Origin: Bispira polyomma
Lineage: Eukaryota
DNA length: 64,000 nt
Direction: 5' to 3'
Assembly: GCA_965649765.1 (NCBI GenBank)
Contig: OZ287754.1
Coordinates: 36,394,001-36,458,000, forward strand
Shown: piece after piece, positions 1 through 13,100 of the stretch
Numbering within the stretch: the stretch's first letter is position 1
Layout: each line of letters begins with the position of its first letter
Program-made: the position numbers and the translations under genes
Notes under the pieces: model-generated
What the model saw: only the letters and a program-made list of their open reading frames with translations
Database searches by the model: none
Told to the model about the DNA's origin: nothing

Positions 1-830
1 CCACATCCTTGAAGCTCTTCATTTAAGGTCATCCACGTGAGGCCTACCTATAGGAAATCATGGGCTGGGAATCTACTAATGGGTCAGATTTGACCTTGGA
101 CAGACGTGACCTTGGGCCCCCTTTAACGTCAGATGAGGGTAGTTAAACTTAAAAGGGCTTATAATTCGCTTATTATTGGTCCTACATTTTTGAGATGTGA
201 AACCAACCTATAGGAAATCATGGGCACAGAGTCTTCTGATTGGTCAGATTTGACCTTCCCCCCCCCCCTTCAAGGTCAAACAGTGGATAGCCAAACTTAA
301 AAGTGCTTATCACTCGCTTATTATTGGCCCTATAGGTTTGTAATGTGAAACCAACTTATAGGTAATCATTGGCTGGGAATCTTCTGATGTGGTCAGATTT
401 GACCTTGGGCCCCTCCTTAAAGATTAGATGAGGGTAGCCAAACTTAAAAGTGCTTATAACTCGCTTATTATTGGTCCTACAGTTTTGGGATGTAAATCCA
501 ACCTATAGGAAATCATTGGCTGGAAGTCTTCTGATGTAGTCAGGTTTGATTTTGGGCCCCTCCTTAAAGGTCAAATAAGGGTAGCCAAATTTAAAAGTGC
601 TTATAACTCGCTTATTATTGGTCCTAGAGAATTGGAATGTCAAACTAACCTAAGGAAATCAGGATGGTAGAGGTTTGTGATGTGAAACCAACCTACAGGA
701 AACATGGCCTGCTAATCTTTTGGTCACATTTAATCTTGTGCAAGGTCAAACGGGTAGGCCAAACTTTAAAATCCCTATCACAGACTTATTATTGGTCCCA
801 CAGGTTTGCAATGTCAAACCCACTTGTGCC
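1..830. repeat. Degenerate ~147-bp tandem repeat/satellite (~5 copies, runs off the window start)
   Basis: 'taggaaatcat(g/t)ggctggga...ggtcagatttgaccttgggcccctcctt..aaggtcaaa...agccaaacttaaaagtgcttataactcgcttattattggtcc' recurs at ~51, 211, 359, 506, 652. Confidence 0.85.
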
Positions 831-1156
831 ATTTAAGGCTTTATCATAAATGCCCTATAGACAATCATAGGCTTCTAGCTTGGGTGCTTGCTACCAAGGG
901 TGCTTTGTCTTTCTGGTGGTTACAAATATGCATCGGTTCTCCAATGCTCTAGGTCTAGTTTGTGGCTATGATTGTATAATTCTTAAATACATGGATTGTG
1001 CATGTCTGTAGTATGTATTGATAAGTCATTGAGTTAAATTTATGGTAGGCAAATTCATGGTATTTGTGGGGTGTGCCAAATTAAATTGTCTAAGTCTTGT
1101 TTTAAGTTAATACAAAGAAAGTGCATAAGTAATAAAAGGTGTTGATGTTTTTCCAG

Positions 1157-4100
1157 ATCCAAAAGCAACACTGGAATCCTGCACCCAGAAGAATAAGAAA
1201 TGATGTGTCTAGGAAGATAGTACACCATCTTAGGGTAATCTGGATTTAAAGTAATGAAAAATCTAATACTTCAAGCAAGCTCATTATGTGAAAGAAAGAT
1301 AGTAAAATGTTAACATCATCTCCCCTGAGTTCCTCACTAAAACCTGCACTGTACAGGAGGTAATCTTCCTCAAATTGTGTGCTCATCAATTGGACATGTG
1401 TCAATACTGAGAAATACAAAGGTTTTGACATGTCAATCTCAACTCAATGTTGAGTCGCATTGTTTACAAATGGCCATATTTCCCAAAACTTTCAGGTTTA
1501 GCTCTGATTCAAGCTTAAATTGATGTCTTTATACCTTTGGTTAGAGTATGGTTAAATAGAAATTTAAATAAATGGTCACAAGTATGTGTTCTTTCCATAA
1601 ACAGAGATGTTTCAAGTAGTCCCTAGTTCAGTTCAGTCAAAGTTTGAACTGGAATTTTTTTTGGAAATTACGGGCCTAGATAATTCATGCTGAGAACCGT
1701 TAATTATATTGAACACAGCTTAGATATGTAGACAAATGCCTTTCTTTTGGTCATTTTAGATAATCAAGTTAAAATGTTTAAATTAATTGAAGGATTTAAT
1801 ATCACATTCGGTAGTTTTATTCATTAATATTTTAACAGAAGCAGTTTCTGAGAAGAATTGACAGACGCTTCCACGACTACTTTGATGAAGATGAAATGTA
1901 TGATGAGGTAGAACACATCAAAGATGAACTTCATCATACCCATCATCCACATCTCCACCACCATCCCAACTCACTGCATGACCAGGATCCAGTAAGTATT
2001 GTCATCTCATCTCACTGCATGACCAGGATCCAGTAAGTATTGTCATCTCATCTCACTTGCATAAACAGGATCTAGTGAGTATTGTACTATGTTGTTATCC
2101 CAACTCACTGCATAAACATAATCTAGTAAGTATTGTCATCTGAACTCACCACACGAACAGGATCCAGTAAGTATTGTCATCTCAACTTTTTATTCTATAT
2201 CTAATCTAATCTAGTCATACTTTTATAGCGCTTAATCTTCATATAATGAATTCTAAGGCGCGACAAACCTAACTGTTAATCAAAAGCGTATATCACCTTT
2301 GTATGAACTTAATAAAATATACACTAAAAAGTATTTATGGTGCCAGCATCTGTGTGAAAAGTTTCGCGACACCACAGTAGATTGAATTAGGTCTTTATAC
2401 GATGTTGTAAGTTATGTAATACAATACTTTTAAACTGTATCATCCAAACTCCATATCACAACATGATGTTGTATAACTGTTGTAGCCCCCTATTGGTATT
2501 TGTCAGGTGTCTAGTAGTTTTTGAGATATGAGACACAAACCTGACTAAGAGGGGACTATCATTCCACCACAACCAATAATAGATGTGGGGTAAAATTTAA
2601 ATAGTTCAGCTAAAGTTAGCTATCGGCTGTTATTCTGAACTAAGCCAGTATTTATTGATGTATTTTGAGTTTAACGTCACTTTCATTGAGTGTGTATTAC
2701 ATTGCAGTGAGCAGTTTATTTGTGAAGGAATGCAGAACAGGGTAGTTAGTCAGGATTTCTGAATTGTGCAAATCATCAGCCTATAGCAAGTCTACTGTCT
2801 GTTATCCCACATACATGCCGTGGAAATCACAACTTTAGAGCTTGGAGGCTAGGTGGCATTGGCACAAGATTAATATACTGTTGGAACATCTTTTTTCTGC
2901 ATTATATAATTGCGGTTAATTTTTTAGGAAAGAGGCCACTGGAGATATGATAAAGCGATCACTGAGGAGGACACTGTACCCACAGAGTTAGTGTCACCAA
3001 CCAGAAGGACGCCAATTCAGGTGACTACACGCAATGCTTCTTAAAGGCCAAAAGAGTCTGCACTGATACATATAAGCTATAAGCCTTGTCTTTGTATTAA
3101 TCCCACATGAGCTGTTCATTAACATTTAGTGTCTAAGACAAATCTAGAAATATAGTGTACGTAAATTACTGCAGATGGGTCCACTTTGTGTACAGATTTT
3201 AGATATCATTCTTGCACTTTAGAAGATGCCTAGCATTCTACATTACAAATAAATAGTACAAATAAAACACATCAAAAATGAGTAATAATTATCATAGGCT
3301 CTTACGACACCAGAATTTACTGGCATCCTTATTTCGTCCAACTACATTAATTCTAGGGTTATGTCCAAGGATACTTTGGAGGAAGGTGTGGGTACAGTTT
3401 TGAGTAAAGTCTTGCCCCATGTGGAAACCATTTATATGACACATTTAATTACATGTCACATATTGTTTATTTTGATTTATCTTGAAATACAATGTGATAA
3501 GAGTATAAATAAGCACTCTTATATATCATATTTTCATGTTATAGATGTATGGTAAATTTTCATTTATGTTTAAAAACCCCTTTTTTAATAAATATACACA
3601 TAACCACTCTCATGGGCTGTTAGCAAGGATAAGTTTCTATTTAACTGTTGTAATCAGATTTAGAATATTGGTATTTGTACATATGTGTATGGTTGACTAG
3701 TATAATATCAATGAAATATTTAAGTTAATAATAACTTGCAGTTACCTAGTATTAAGGGGGTAGTCACAGAAAATTCCAAATCTAACTTCAGTTATTCAAT
3801 TTAGTTATAGCTGAAAGCAGCAATATCGTTGCTACAAATAGGATAACATAAATACTTAACTATGAATTCTCATACAAGTATTTGTATTGTAGAATGCAAT
3901 CGATACTTAACATTCTTAATATCTGGTTTTGAATATCTTGGTACTATTTTTTAACACAATACACATGTCATATATCTTAGAATATTTAAATTTAGACTTT
4001 ACATTTTTAACATCTGTCTTTGAATACGCTGCTATATTTTGGCCACTTTACACGTCATATGTCTTAGAATATTTATTTACAAGGTACAATCAAGACCCGC

Positions 4101-7100
4101 TTCTAAGGGAGAAGTTCGGTTTTCTACCAGCACACCAACTGCTAAATCTGCGGCTGAAAAGCTTCTTGTCGCAGTAGTAAGACCCAGCTACGAATCTGAA
4201 AACTACTTTGCAGGGACTGAAAAATATTCCTACAGTAACAATGAAGAACCAGACAAAAGTCAGCGGCTAGACTCCCAGCAGGGCAGGAAGAGCAGAAACA
4301 CGGTCCTGCCTGGTATAACTGATGTCCCAGAAGAAACTCAAAGTGCAAAAAGTGGAACAAGTGAAGCCCCACCAAAAGAGGGAAGCATTGAAGGTACCGG
4401 AAACTTGATTACAAAAGGGGGCATTGCCTTTGGCAGTCAAAGTGCCAAGTCCAAAAGAGTGTTTGACCTGACTGGCTTAAAAACACGGGAACCAACAGAG
4501 ATCAAGAAAGAATTTGACTCCGGTGATGAAGACCTGTCTCTCTATATCAATAAGTTGCCTGAAGAAAAAGTGGACACAAGTTTTAACCACGTTGATGTGA
4601 GCCCTGTGCCGACCCCATATATATTTAGCCGACCACAGACAACAAGAACGGCAAGGAAGATGTCAAAAGCCGAAAAGTTGATGAAGGTCATTCAAGGTCA
4701 AGTCCATGTACGGGTCAATGAAACATCCAAACTGCTGACGATGTTCATTCATTCATGTGGAATAGGTGGGTTGATAGTCATTGTATAGCATTTCTTTGTT
4801 TATGTTAGTAAGTAAATGTTACATTAATTTGTTTTCTTGATGTCTTTAATTATATTTCTGACATATGTGTACACTTTGATGCCCTCATAATTGAGTAGGT
4901 GGGCTTGCTCTGGTCTGAACATTTAAGCTTTGCATGATCAGGCTGGTATATTTAAGCCTTTGAACATTTAATAACACAAATCTCTTTTGTCTAATTGTAT
5001 ACTAAATTTGATAAAGCAATCACTGGATAAAATGAGCTGAAGGAATACAAAATCTTTTACAATATACCATCTTAATATAACACACTGTATGCTAATTTAA
5101 CATGTATATACTGCTGACAGGCTATGAGTTTGGTAAACTAACTAAACATGGTGCTAACTAACCCAAATAATTAGTTGTATTTGTACAAAAAATGCTGCTC
5201 TCAACATCCAAGCAGTACATATGGCTAGGAAAGATCCTGTTACTTAGAAGAGTACTCTATTAAATAAAATAATTATACATGCTGATAAACTTGAACCTTA
5301 AAACAGGTGAGATGCTAATTCATTGTTTTTTTTTTTTGGAAAACAATCTTTTTTGTTAGTCACTCCAATTGATATCAGTGGTTAAAATTAACAACATTCA
5401 ACACTTTCTGTTTTGTCTTTTTACAGATACAGAAGTAGAAAGGAGTTACCTGATAGAAACTGTCTACCCTAAGCTGAGGCAGTACTATAAACTAAAGGGA
5501 TATGACATTGAAATTGTTGACCTTCTCTGGGGTACGAGTGATGTGGCACTGGATGACCATGGGCAGGTGATCCTTACTCAGTCAGCTCTGAAAGCTTGCC
5601 GGAGAAGTAACAAAGGAATCTCATTTTTGGTATGTTTACAGAAGCAATATAACCTCTGTCATATATACATTCTAGTAGCTATTCTATTATCTCAATATCT
5701 GACGTTATGAACACACTTTCACTCTCCTAATGATTGTTTTCCTATTGTTTTTTACAACAATGCCTTCTATTTTATAAACCTCATATATTATATTATATAT
5801 TATTAAAAATAAAATCTTGCTCTTGTAAAATGTTCAGATAATAGGGGTCTCATGTATATTATGTGGGATAGGTTTATGATGATTTGTATGTAGCTGATTA
5901 TAACCACTGTGGTTTGGTAGTCAAAGAGTTAGTGTGGTGAACACAAGGTCTTCTGTCCACTCATAGTAATGTCACACTGATCAATGGGGGATGTAAATAT
6001 GCAAATGTCTTCTGATTGCAACTAGTGATATGTTGTAGCAGCATGCTACTTCTGGCAAAGCAAGTATTAGATAGTTTATTGTCATCCATTTGGTGTTATA
6101 TATAAACATATATTATTAGAGCATAGTCTACCTACTTCCAAAACGATTAATACTATCCAGCCAAGTGAAGACTTGGTCTTTCTTTGTAAAGTAGTAGAGT
6201 GGACATAATTAAAAGGCTCAAATGAACAACATCTGAACCTGTCTGACTATTGTACATACTATCCTTTAAAGTTTTGTATAGAAAAGTTTTTCTGGGAAAA
6301 TTTTAACAAAAGATATTGTATCAAATTATTACAATGACAAATATGTTTAAGATGTATATATGCTGTACTTTTTGCAGACATTTGGACTGGTATAAAACCT
6401 GTGTTTCTGTTTTCCTACACTAGTCGTTCATGTCACAAAAGTACGGAGAAGCAGAATTACCAGTGTCAATTCCACAAGATGAAATGGAAGCCATACTTAA
6501 GGTCATAGCTGCGGACTACACCATCATCCTCCAGAATGTTGAAAGAAAGATCATGAAACCTCCAGACACCCCAAAGCCTACAGAGAGTGTAGCAAGTGAA
6601 GCCAGCAAGAAAACCCAATCTGAAAAGGTCAGAAGAGGCTCGGAAAGATCCGGAAAGACACTGTCAGTCGCCAAAAGTGGCCCAAAGAGCGTGACACCGA
6701 GTTCAGTGAAGTCTCCACCACTGGAAGAGGTAGATGAAATTGATAGTGAGGCAGAGGCTCAAGCAGCACTGGAAGCAGCTCAGAAAGACAAGCTGAAGAG
6801 GGTGAAAGAAGGCACATACTCCTTGAAGATTTTGGCAACAGAGTGTGAAGTGGTAGAGAGTGAGGATGTATTTCCAGATGACAAGTTACTGAACATGTGG
6901 TATGTTCTAGATAAGAACTCAGTGCCGTCTGAATATCAGCTAGAGCCTATCAGGTAATTTGGTTTAGTAGTTCCTGGCTGGGTGATGATAGTACGATACT
7001 ACAGTCAAACTTGAAAGAGAGACTATCTGTATAAGCAATCACCAGTCCATACAGAAACCCCTTTTTAAATTATGCTTTGCATGTGTTTTGTTAATCTTTT

Positions 7101-10100
7101 AAACAGACCACCCTTCTACAAAGGTCTTACATTGGTCTTCTAATAAGGGGTCCATACAAACAGGTTTGACTGTATGTTATACATATGTATATTTATTTAC
7201 TTGTTTAAAACTAAATACTATTAAAGAGGAGCATGTGTTATCAGGTCAGACTATATTTTTTAAAGCCATTTTTGGTAAAACTTTTAAAAATTAAACAGAT
7301 TCTAAAAATGTTTTACTCATTTCAAGTATCAGTATGTATGCAGATAAATGTAGCAATTTATTATAATCTTGAAGCAAGCTGTTTATCTGTGAAAATCTAA
7401 AAAATATAAATCAAAGCAAGAACTTTTCTTTCTTTGAGATATGTGGTACCATAATGAATACATATATTATGAAGAATATATCCATATATGTGTGTGTGTC
7501 TAGTGGCATCCTGCAAAGGCAATAAATTATCAATGTTTTGTTTGATAATTCCACAATGTATTCTTACATGGCATTATAGAGACTATAAGTGGTCATTATG
7601 AATGTAGTTCACAGTATACAGACATCAATGCCAAGGACAGACATCACAGACATGAAGCCACAGAAAGCTGGAGACACACCAAACAGAGACTGTTGACTAT
7701 GTTGAGTTACTACTCCAAGAAAGCTGGATTGCTGGGCTATGCTGTGGACAAGTATACTGCATCAGGTAATAGAAATTGCTTTGTTTTGGTGCTCTGTCAC
7801 TGGAGACCATATTCTGTGAGTGACGATACAAGTACTTGTGATTTGCATTAGCATAGTGTCAAAATGTTTCTAATTAATTTACTTAAAATTAAAAACACAT
7901 GCACAAAGTTGTATCTTTGGGCATAATGTTCATCTGGTTGATCACTAGAAAATAACTGACAATATTTAATACGTAATTTGTGAAAATGTTTTTATAAAGC
8001 AAGCCTTCAGAAAAAGATGCTCCCACAATAGATCAGGAACATACTAAAAGACGGAAACTGTAAAGTGGTGAATATATCATGATGAGCTTAACCCCAATCA
8101 ATTGTCCTGATAAATTTTCCACTATAAATGTTGTGATTTATGGTTAGGTATCATTTGACAAGCACAATATTTATGGAAAAGTATTGATGGATACATTTGA
8201 GTTTTCTAGCTGAATTTTACATGTGTTGGTTTCATCAGTCAATTTATAACACAAAGGAAAAAAAAAAAAAAAAATCTTTAGAATTAAAAAAACTAACATT
8301 GAAAAAAACCAAACTTAGAAAGTCCAATATTGATGTTTGAGGTGAGTAGTGTTAGTTATTGGATTGATGACGCAGGGCAAGACAAAGAGACACGGCCCTG
8401 GTTCAAAGGAAAACATCTGTCTGTTGTCAGCTTTTTATGACTCACTCGGGAGGTTGTTCTATTGCTTCTTTTTTTCAAATACAGAGAGCTTGAGTTAATT
8501 GTGTTCCAAAGGATTATTGTAATGTGGTCTTTTCTGGATATAGATTTTTCTTTATTATGTTCAAAAAGACTAATTTAAAATAAAATAAATGGTCTTCAGA
8601 AAGTGTTTTCAAGTCTCTGAAATTTTAATTTTCTATTTTTGTATGCTAAAATAACCTTTCTCTCACATAAACCAACTGTTGTCTGAAATCATGTGCAGAG
8701 TTTGTATAATAGAGGTTATACTGTTTTGGACTTATAATAGCTTCTCCTTTGGGTATAATTAACAGAATTTTATCATAAGCACAAATGATATGATTTAGCT
8801 TTAAGTAAATTTGCAGCAGTTTACTTTTTGGCTTTACAATTTTCTATATTTAATGTCTAAAGCATTAACTTGCTCTTTGGTATCAAACAAAGAAGTGTCC
8901 TTATGATGCAATTACAACCACGTCAATGCTTTCATCAGCTTGTGTGTGACTTTATTGATTTTTAATGAAAAAAAGCACAGCACTGCAGTTAAATCAAACA
9001 TGCTCAAATCTGTACTCTTTATTTATTGTGACAAACCCTTGTGTGCGTGTCAATAACCGGTTGCCATGGTGATAATACAATGCATTAACTCCTACACCTG
9101 TGTAGAAACGTTGTACCTTTTGGTTAAAAAATCAATTAAAACCTACGTTTGGCTTTCAAAATTATGAAATTAAAATAAGGGCTTTAAATTGAATTCAGTT
9201 TACACACGCCTTTGTGCAAGAAACCCCCAAAAATGCAGTTACATGACAAAGAAGTGGATTCACAATATCTTAAATAAAAACTTTCAAAGTGTAAATGGCC
9301 TGTTAATGTGAGATATATATATTAAGTATAAAGTGTTTTTATTTCAGAATGAAAAGACCCCCTAATAGTGTTATGCAATTATAATAATGTAACATAAGAT
9401 CTTAGCATCTCAAACTTTTAGAAATAAGGTGCTGTAAAACCTCTGTTGTATTATCTATTTTTCTAGAACTGGAGAAAACACTAGATGATGCTTTATCCAG
9501 CAGTCCTGTAGAACCCCCATTGTCCTGCTTATGGATAACCAGAGAGATACTGGAAATCATGCAGTCAGTAGATGATGGAAAGGTCAAGGACTATTTGGAC
9601 TTATTAGATGTCAGAAGAGGCCAAATCAATGTCAAGGCCCGGAAGAATCTGGCAGACATAACTGCAATGGCAAATAAAGTGGTGTGTAAGATTTATATAC
9701 GTAGTATACACATGTAACTAAAAGAACATATGTTTTATGTAAGGAAAGTGTGAAATATTCAACAAAACTCTTTATGTTACCTGCATTAATCCCATCACCT
9801 CTATTTTTCATAAAAATGAACCCTCTTATCTGGAAGTACTCTCTTCCTTTTGTGCAAAATGGTTTATGGAAGTAGAAAATATAGAACATTATCAGTAGTG
9901 TTTTCAAACTAAGTGTACAGCTTCAGAAAATATATTTGTATAAAATTATTCATTAGATATATGTGAATATCATATCTAATTCTTTAAAATAATTTGGAAG
10001 TGATATAATATTGACGGGGTTTATATCAGATATATGTGACATACTGTAAAACTTCCATTATCCAAACTTTTATTATCTGAATTCACTTTTACCCGATCGA

Positions 10101-13100
10101 GTGTGTTACCCAGAAGGCCACAGTCAGTGTGGGATGAGGTCCCCAGTGTTGTACAAGTGACACTCTTACCTCCCACAGTCAGTGTGGATGAGGTCCCCAG
10201 TGGTGTACAAGTGACACTCTTACCTCCTACAATTACAGTAATGGCTTGGAACCTCTGCCACAGTATGGATGTGATGTGGAAAAAGGAAAAAAAACTTTAA
10301 TCCTATCTTTTTAACCTTGCTTACCCACCCTAGTTCCCTCCTGTACACACCCCACATTTTTCCTTACACCCTTGATATGTATGTCCATGGACTACACGAT
10401 TGGCTGACTGATTCTATTGTTGCACTTTAGAAGATGCCTAGCATCAATAAAGCGCGTTAAAAATGCATAATAATAATAATAATATGTGTAACTGTTGTAG
10501 GTCAGTGGTTAGTAACTGCTCTGCTGGGATTTTTTCTACTAATCAACTCATCATTGTGTTGTATTGTAAACCATGTCAATCCCAAACTCCCCTAAACACA
10601 GTGGCAGGTGGTGTGTTTGTAGATACCACAACACAGGAAGATGAGGTACACCATCCAGTGGAACCGGCACGGGATCAACCCGGAGTTAGTGAGGACTCAT
10701 GCCACCTACATACACCACATGTGTAAGGATGTCTTTGACAAGATCGTCTCAACAAATGGGACCCTAGACGATGACATCACAGATCAGGTCAAGGTCAAGA
10801 AAGAACTGGCAAAGGAAGTCTTGGCACAAACGACATTCGCTCAGAAAAAGTGAGTGCTTGTTGATGGCTGAAAAGATCTTACAGACACTATGTGCCTTTA
10901 CATATTAATTAGATTTAAGTGCAAAGATAGAGTTAAAACTGTTGGATACATTGCCTTTTAGGCTAAAGCATCTGTTTATGTAGTATGATATAGCATGGAA
11001 ATAATTTCTAATACAGTAGCACCTTTATTATCTAAACTTATATAACATATATTTCATCTCCCAAATTTATGTTTTCCTGTTGTTTTATACTAAAATGGCT
11101 AATCTGTCTTATGAACCCTCTATTATGTGAACAAAATGTTGCTCACATGACATGTTTGAATCATAGAGGTTCAACTGTAGTGTAAAAACAGGACTGTATA
11201 TCGTCGCAAGCTTTTCAAATGCCCTTCCATCAATGAATCTCTGCCTGGCACATTCATTAGCACCTGAGAACATTCTATTATTCAAACCGACAGAGCAGTT
11301 TCTCTCTCTGTATGACATTGTTAAGTGTGTAAAGAACTATTATTTGACCGTGGTTTGACCAATCCTTTTCTACTAATTTGCCATGTTGTTGTTTCTTCAC
11401 TTGTAGAGCTTACAGTTTTTATGGCAGGAAAGATATCCTTAAGCAAATCAAGCAGTATGTCCGTTCTACCTGTAACAAACCATTGGTGGTACATGGAAAA
11501 CCAGGGAGTGGAATCACCTCACTGTTAGCTAAAGCAGCTATTGACACACACAACTGGCTGCCAGGGTATTAACATTTTTAGTTCAAAACACTGTGACTGT
11601 TATTCTCTAAAATATCTCAAGCTTAACTCAGAGTCAAGTATACATGTCACTATAATATAGATAAACACCAAGTGGCAAAAGGCCCTCGTACTCCATTAAG
11701 TTTACATAATGTAAGTGCGACAAGGTGTTTATCTATTATAAAACCCAACCCAACTAAAACAACAATTTAGAATGAAAATTGAAATTAAATTAAGAATGCG
11801 TCTTTAAATATTTAGTTTATTAAAGGTTAGAAAAAGGCTACCTCTACATTATTTTCTACCACTACATTATTAGAAAAGTAATGTAGTGACACTTTAATGG
11901 AAATGCATACTGCTTGGGTTTTATCACTGGTTAAAGTCAAGTTGTATTACAATCTGATTTTACATTTGAATGCATCACTCCTGACAGCTGAAGTGAATGG
12001 TTACAAGTACAGCTCTATTTACCAAGACTTCCAGATAGCTTTCAGTTCAGTATATGAGCTCTAGCCTGAGTTTTTTTGTGAGAATACAAGTCCTGGTATT
12101 AATTGATCCTTTTGATTTCCAATCCTTGATAGAGCAAAGTAAGATATTTCAAGGACTTAAAAAAGAAGCATGTAAATTATGATTTGTTGGTGGTGCACCA
12201 TTTACACAAAATTCCATATGTAGACAATATTATATTGATAAAACTGCAACTTGTTGAAAGAATATAACTGCAGTACCTATATTAACACCAATAAGATATT
12301 TGAGTTAAGACTAGTAACTTCTGTATCATTTGTGCAAGGAATCCCATTGTGTGTCATACACAATCAAACCCTGGGCCTTTCACATTTTGACCTTTAACAA
12401 GGTTTAACTGTATGCTTATCAGCCTAAATAGACTCTATCTGTCCCTTTTGTATATCAACACCTCAGATCTAATGTAGCAGTCATACAGAGAGTTGTAGGA
12501 GCTACCAGTAGTTCAACCAATGTCCGGCTGATTCTGAAGAGTCTGGCGCTGCAGTTGTCTGAGCTGTACAAGGAAGACCCAGCCTTAGTACCTTTAGTAA
12601 GCCACACTTCTATATTGACTAGCCCACTATTACATGTACTCAGTGACATTAAAGTACCTACAGCACATCTCTGGTTTATATACTGGAACATCCTATTTGC
12701 TGCTTTTTGTAACCAATCTGGACTGGTGGACTGGCTTTGCAGACTGGGTCTTTGTTTTTGAGGAGCAGACACTGAGCCAAACCGATTCTGTTATGCAGCT
12801 CTATTGATGAGTTTGCAGATCACAAAATGTTTTGTATTTTGAATTTTGCAAAAGCATATTTTGGTCTGTTCTTGTCCAGTACAATGTAAATGTTGCTGTT
12901 CTATGTTGTTCACACAACAAAGGTCATTAAATTAGTACTATAGCAAATATCATACAATATACAGTAAAGCTTGTCCTTTATTTTAGCGGTTGTATATACT
13001 TTGTTTACAGGATTTCAAGTCCCTATCCAACCAATTTTATGATAGACTGTCTTCAGCTTCAGATGAGAAACAGCTCATTATATTCATCGACTCTTTACAT

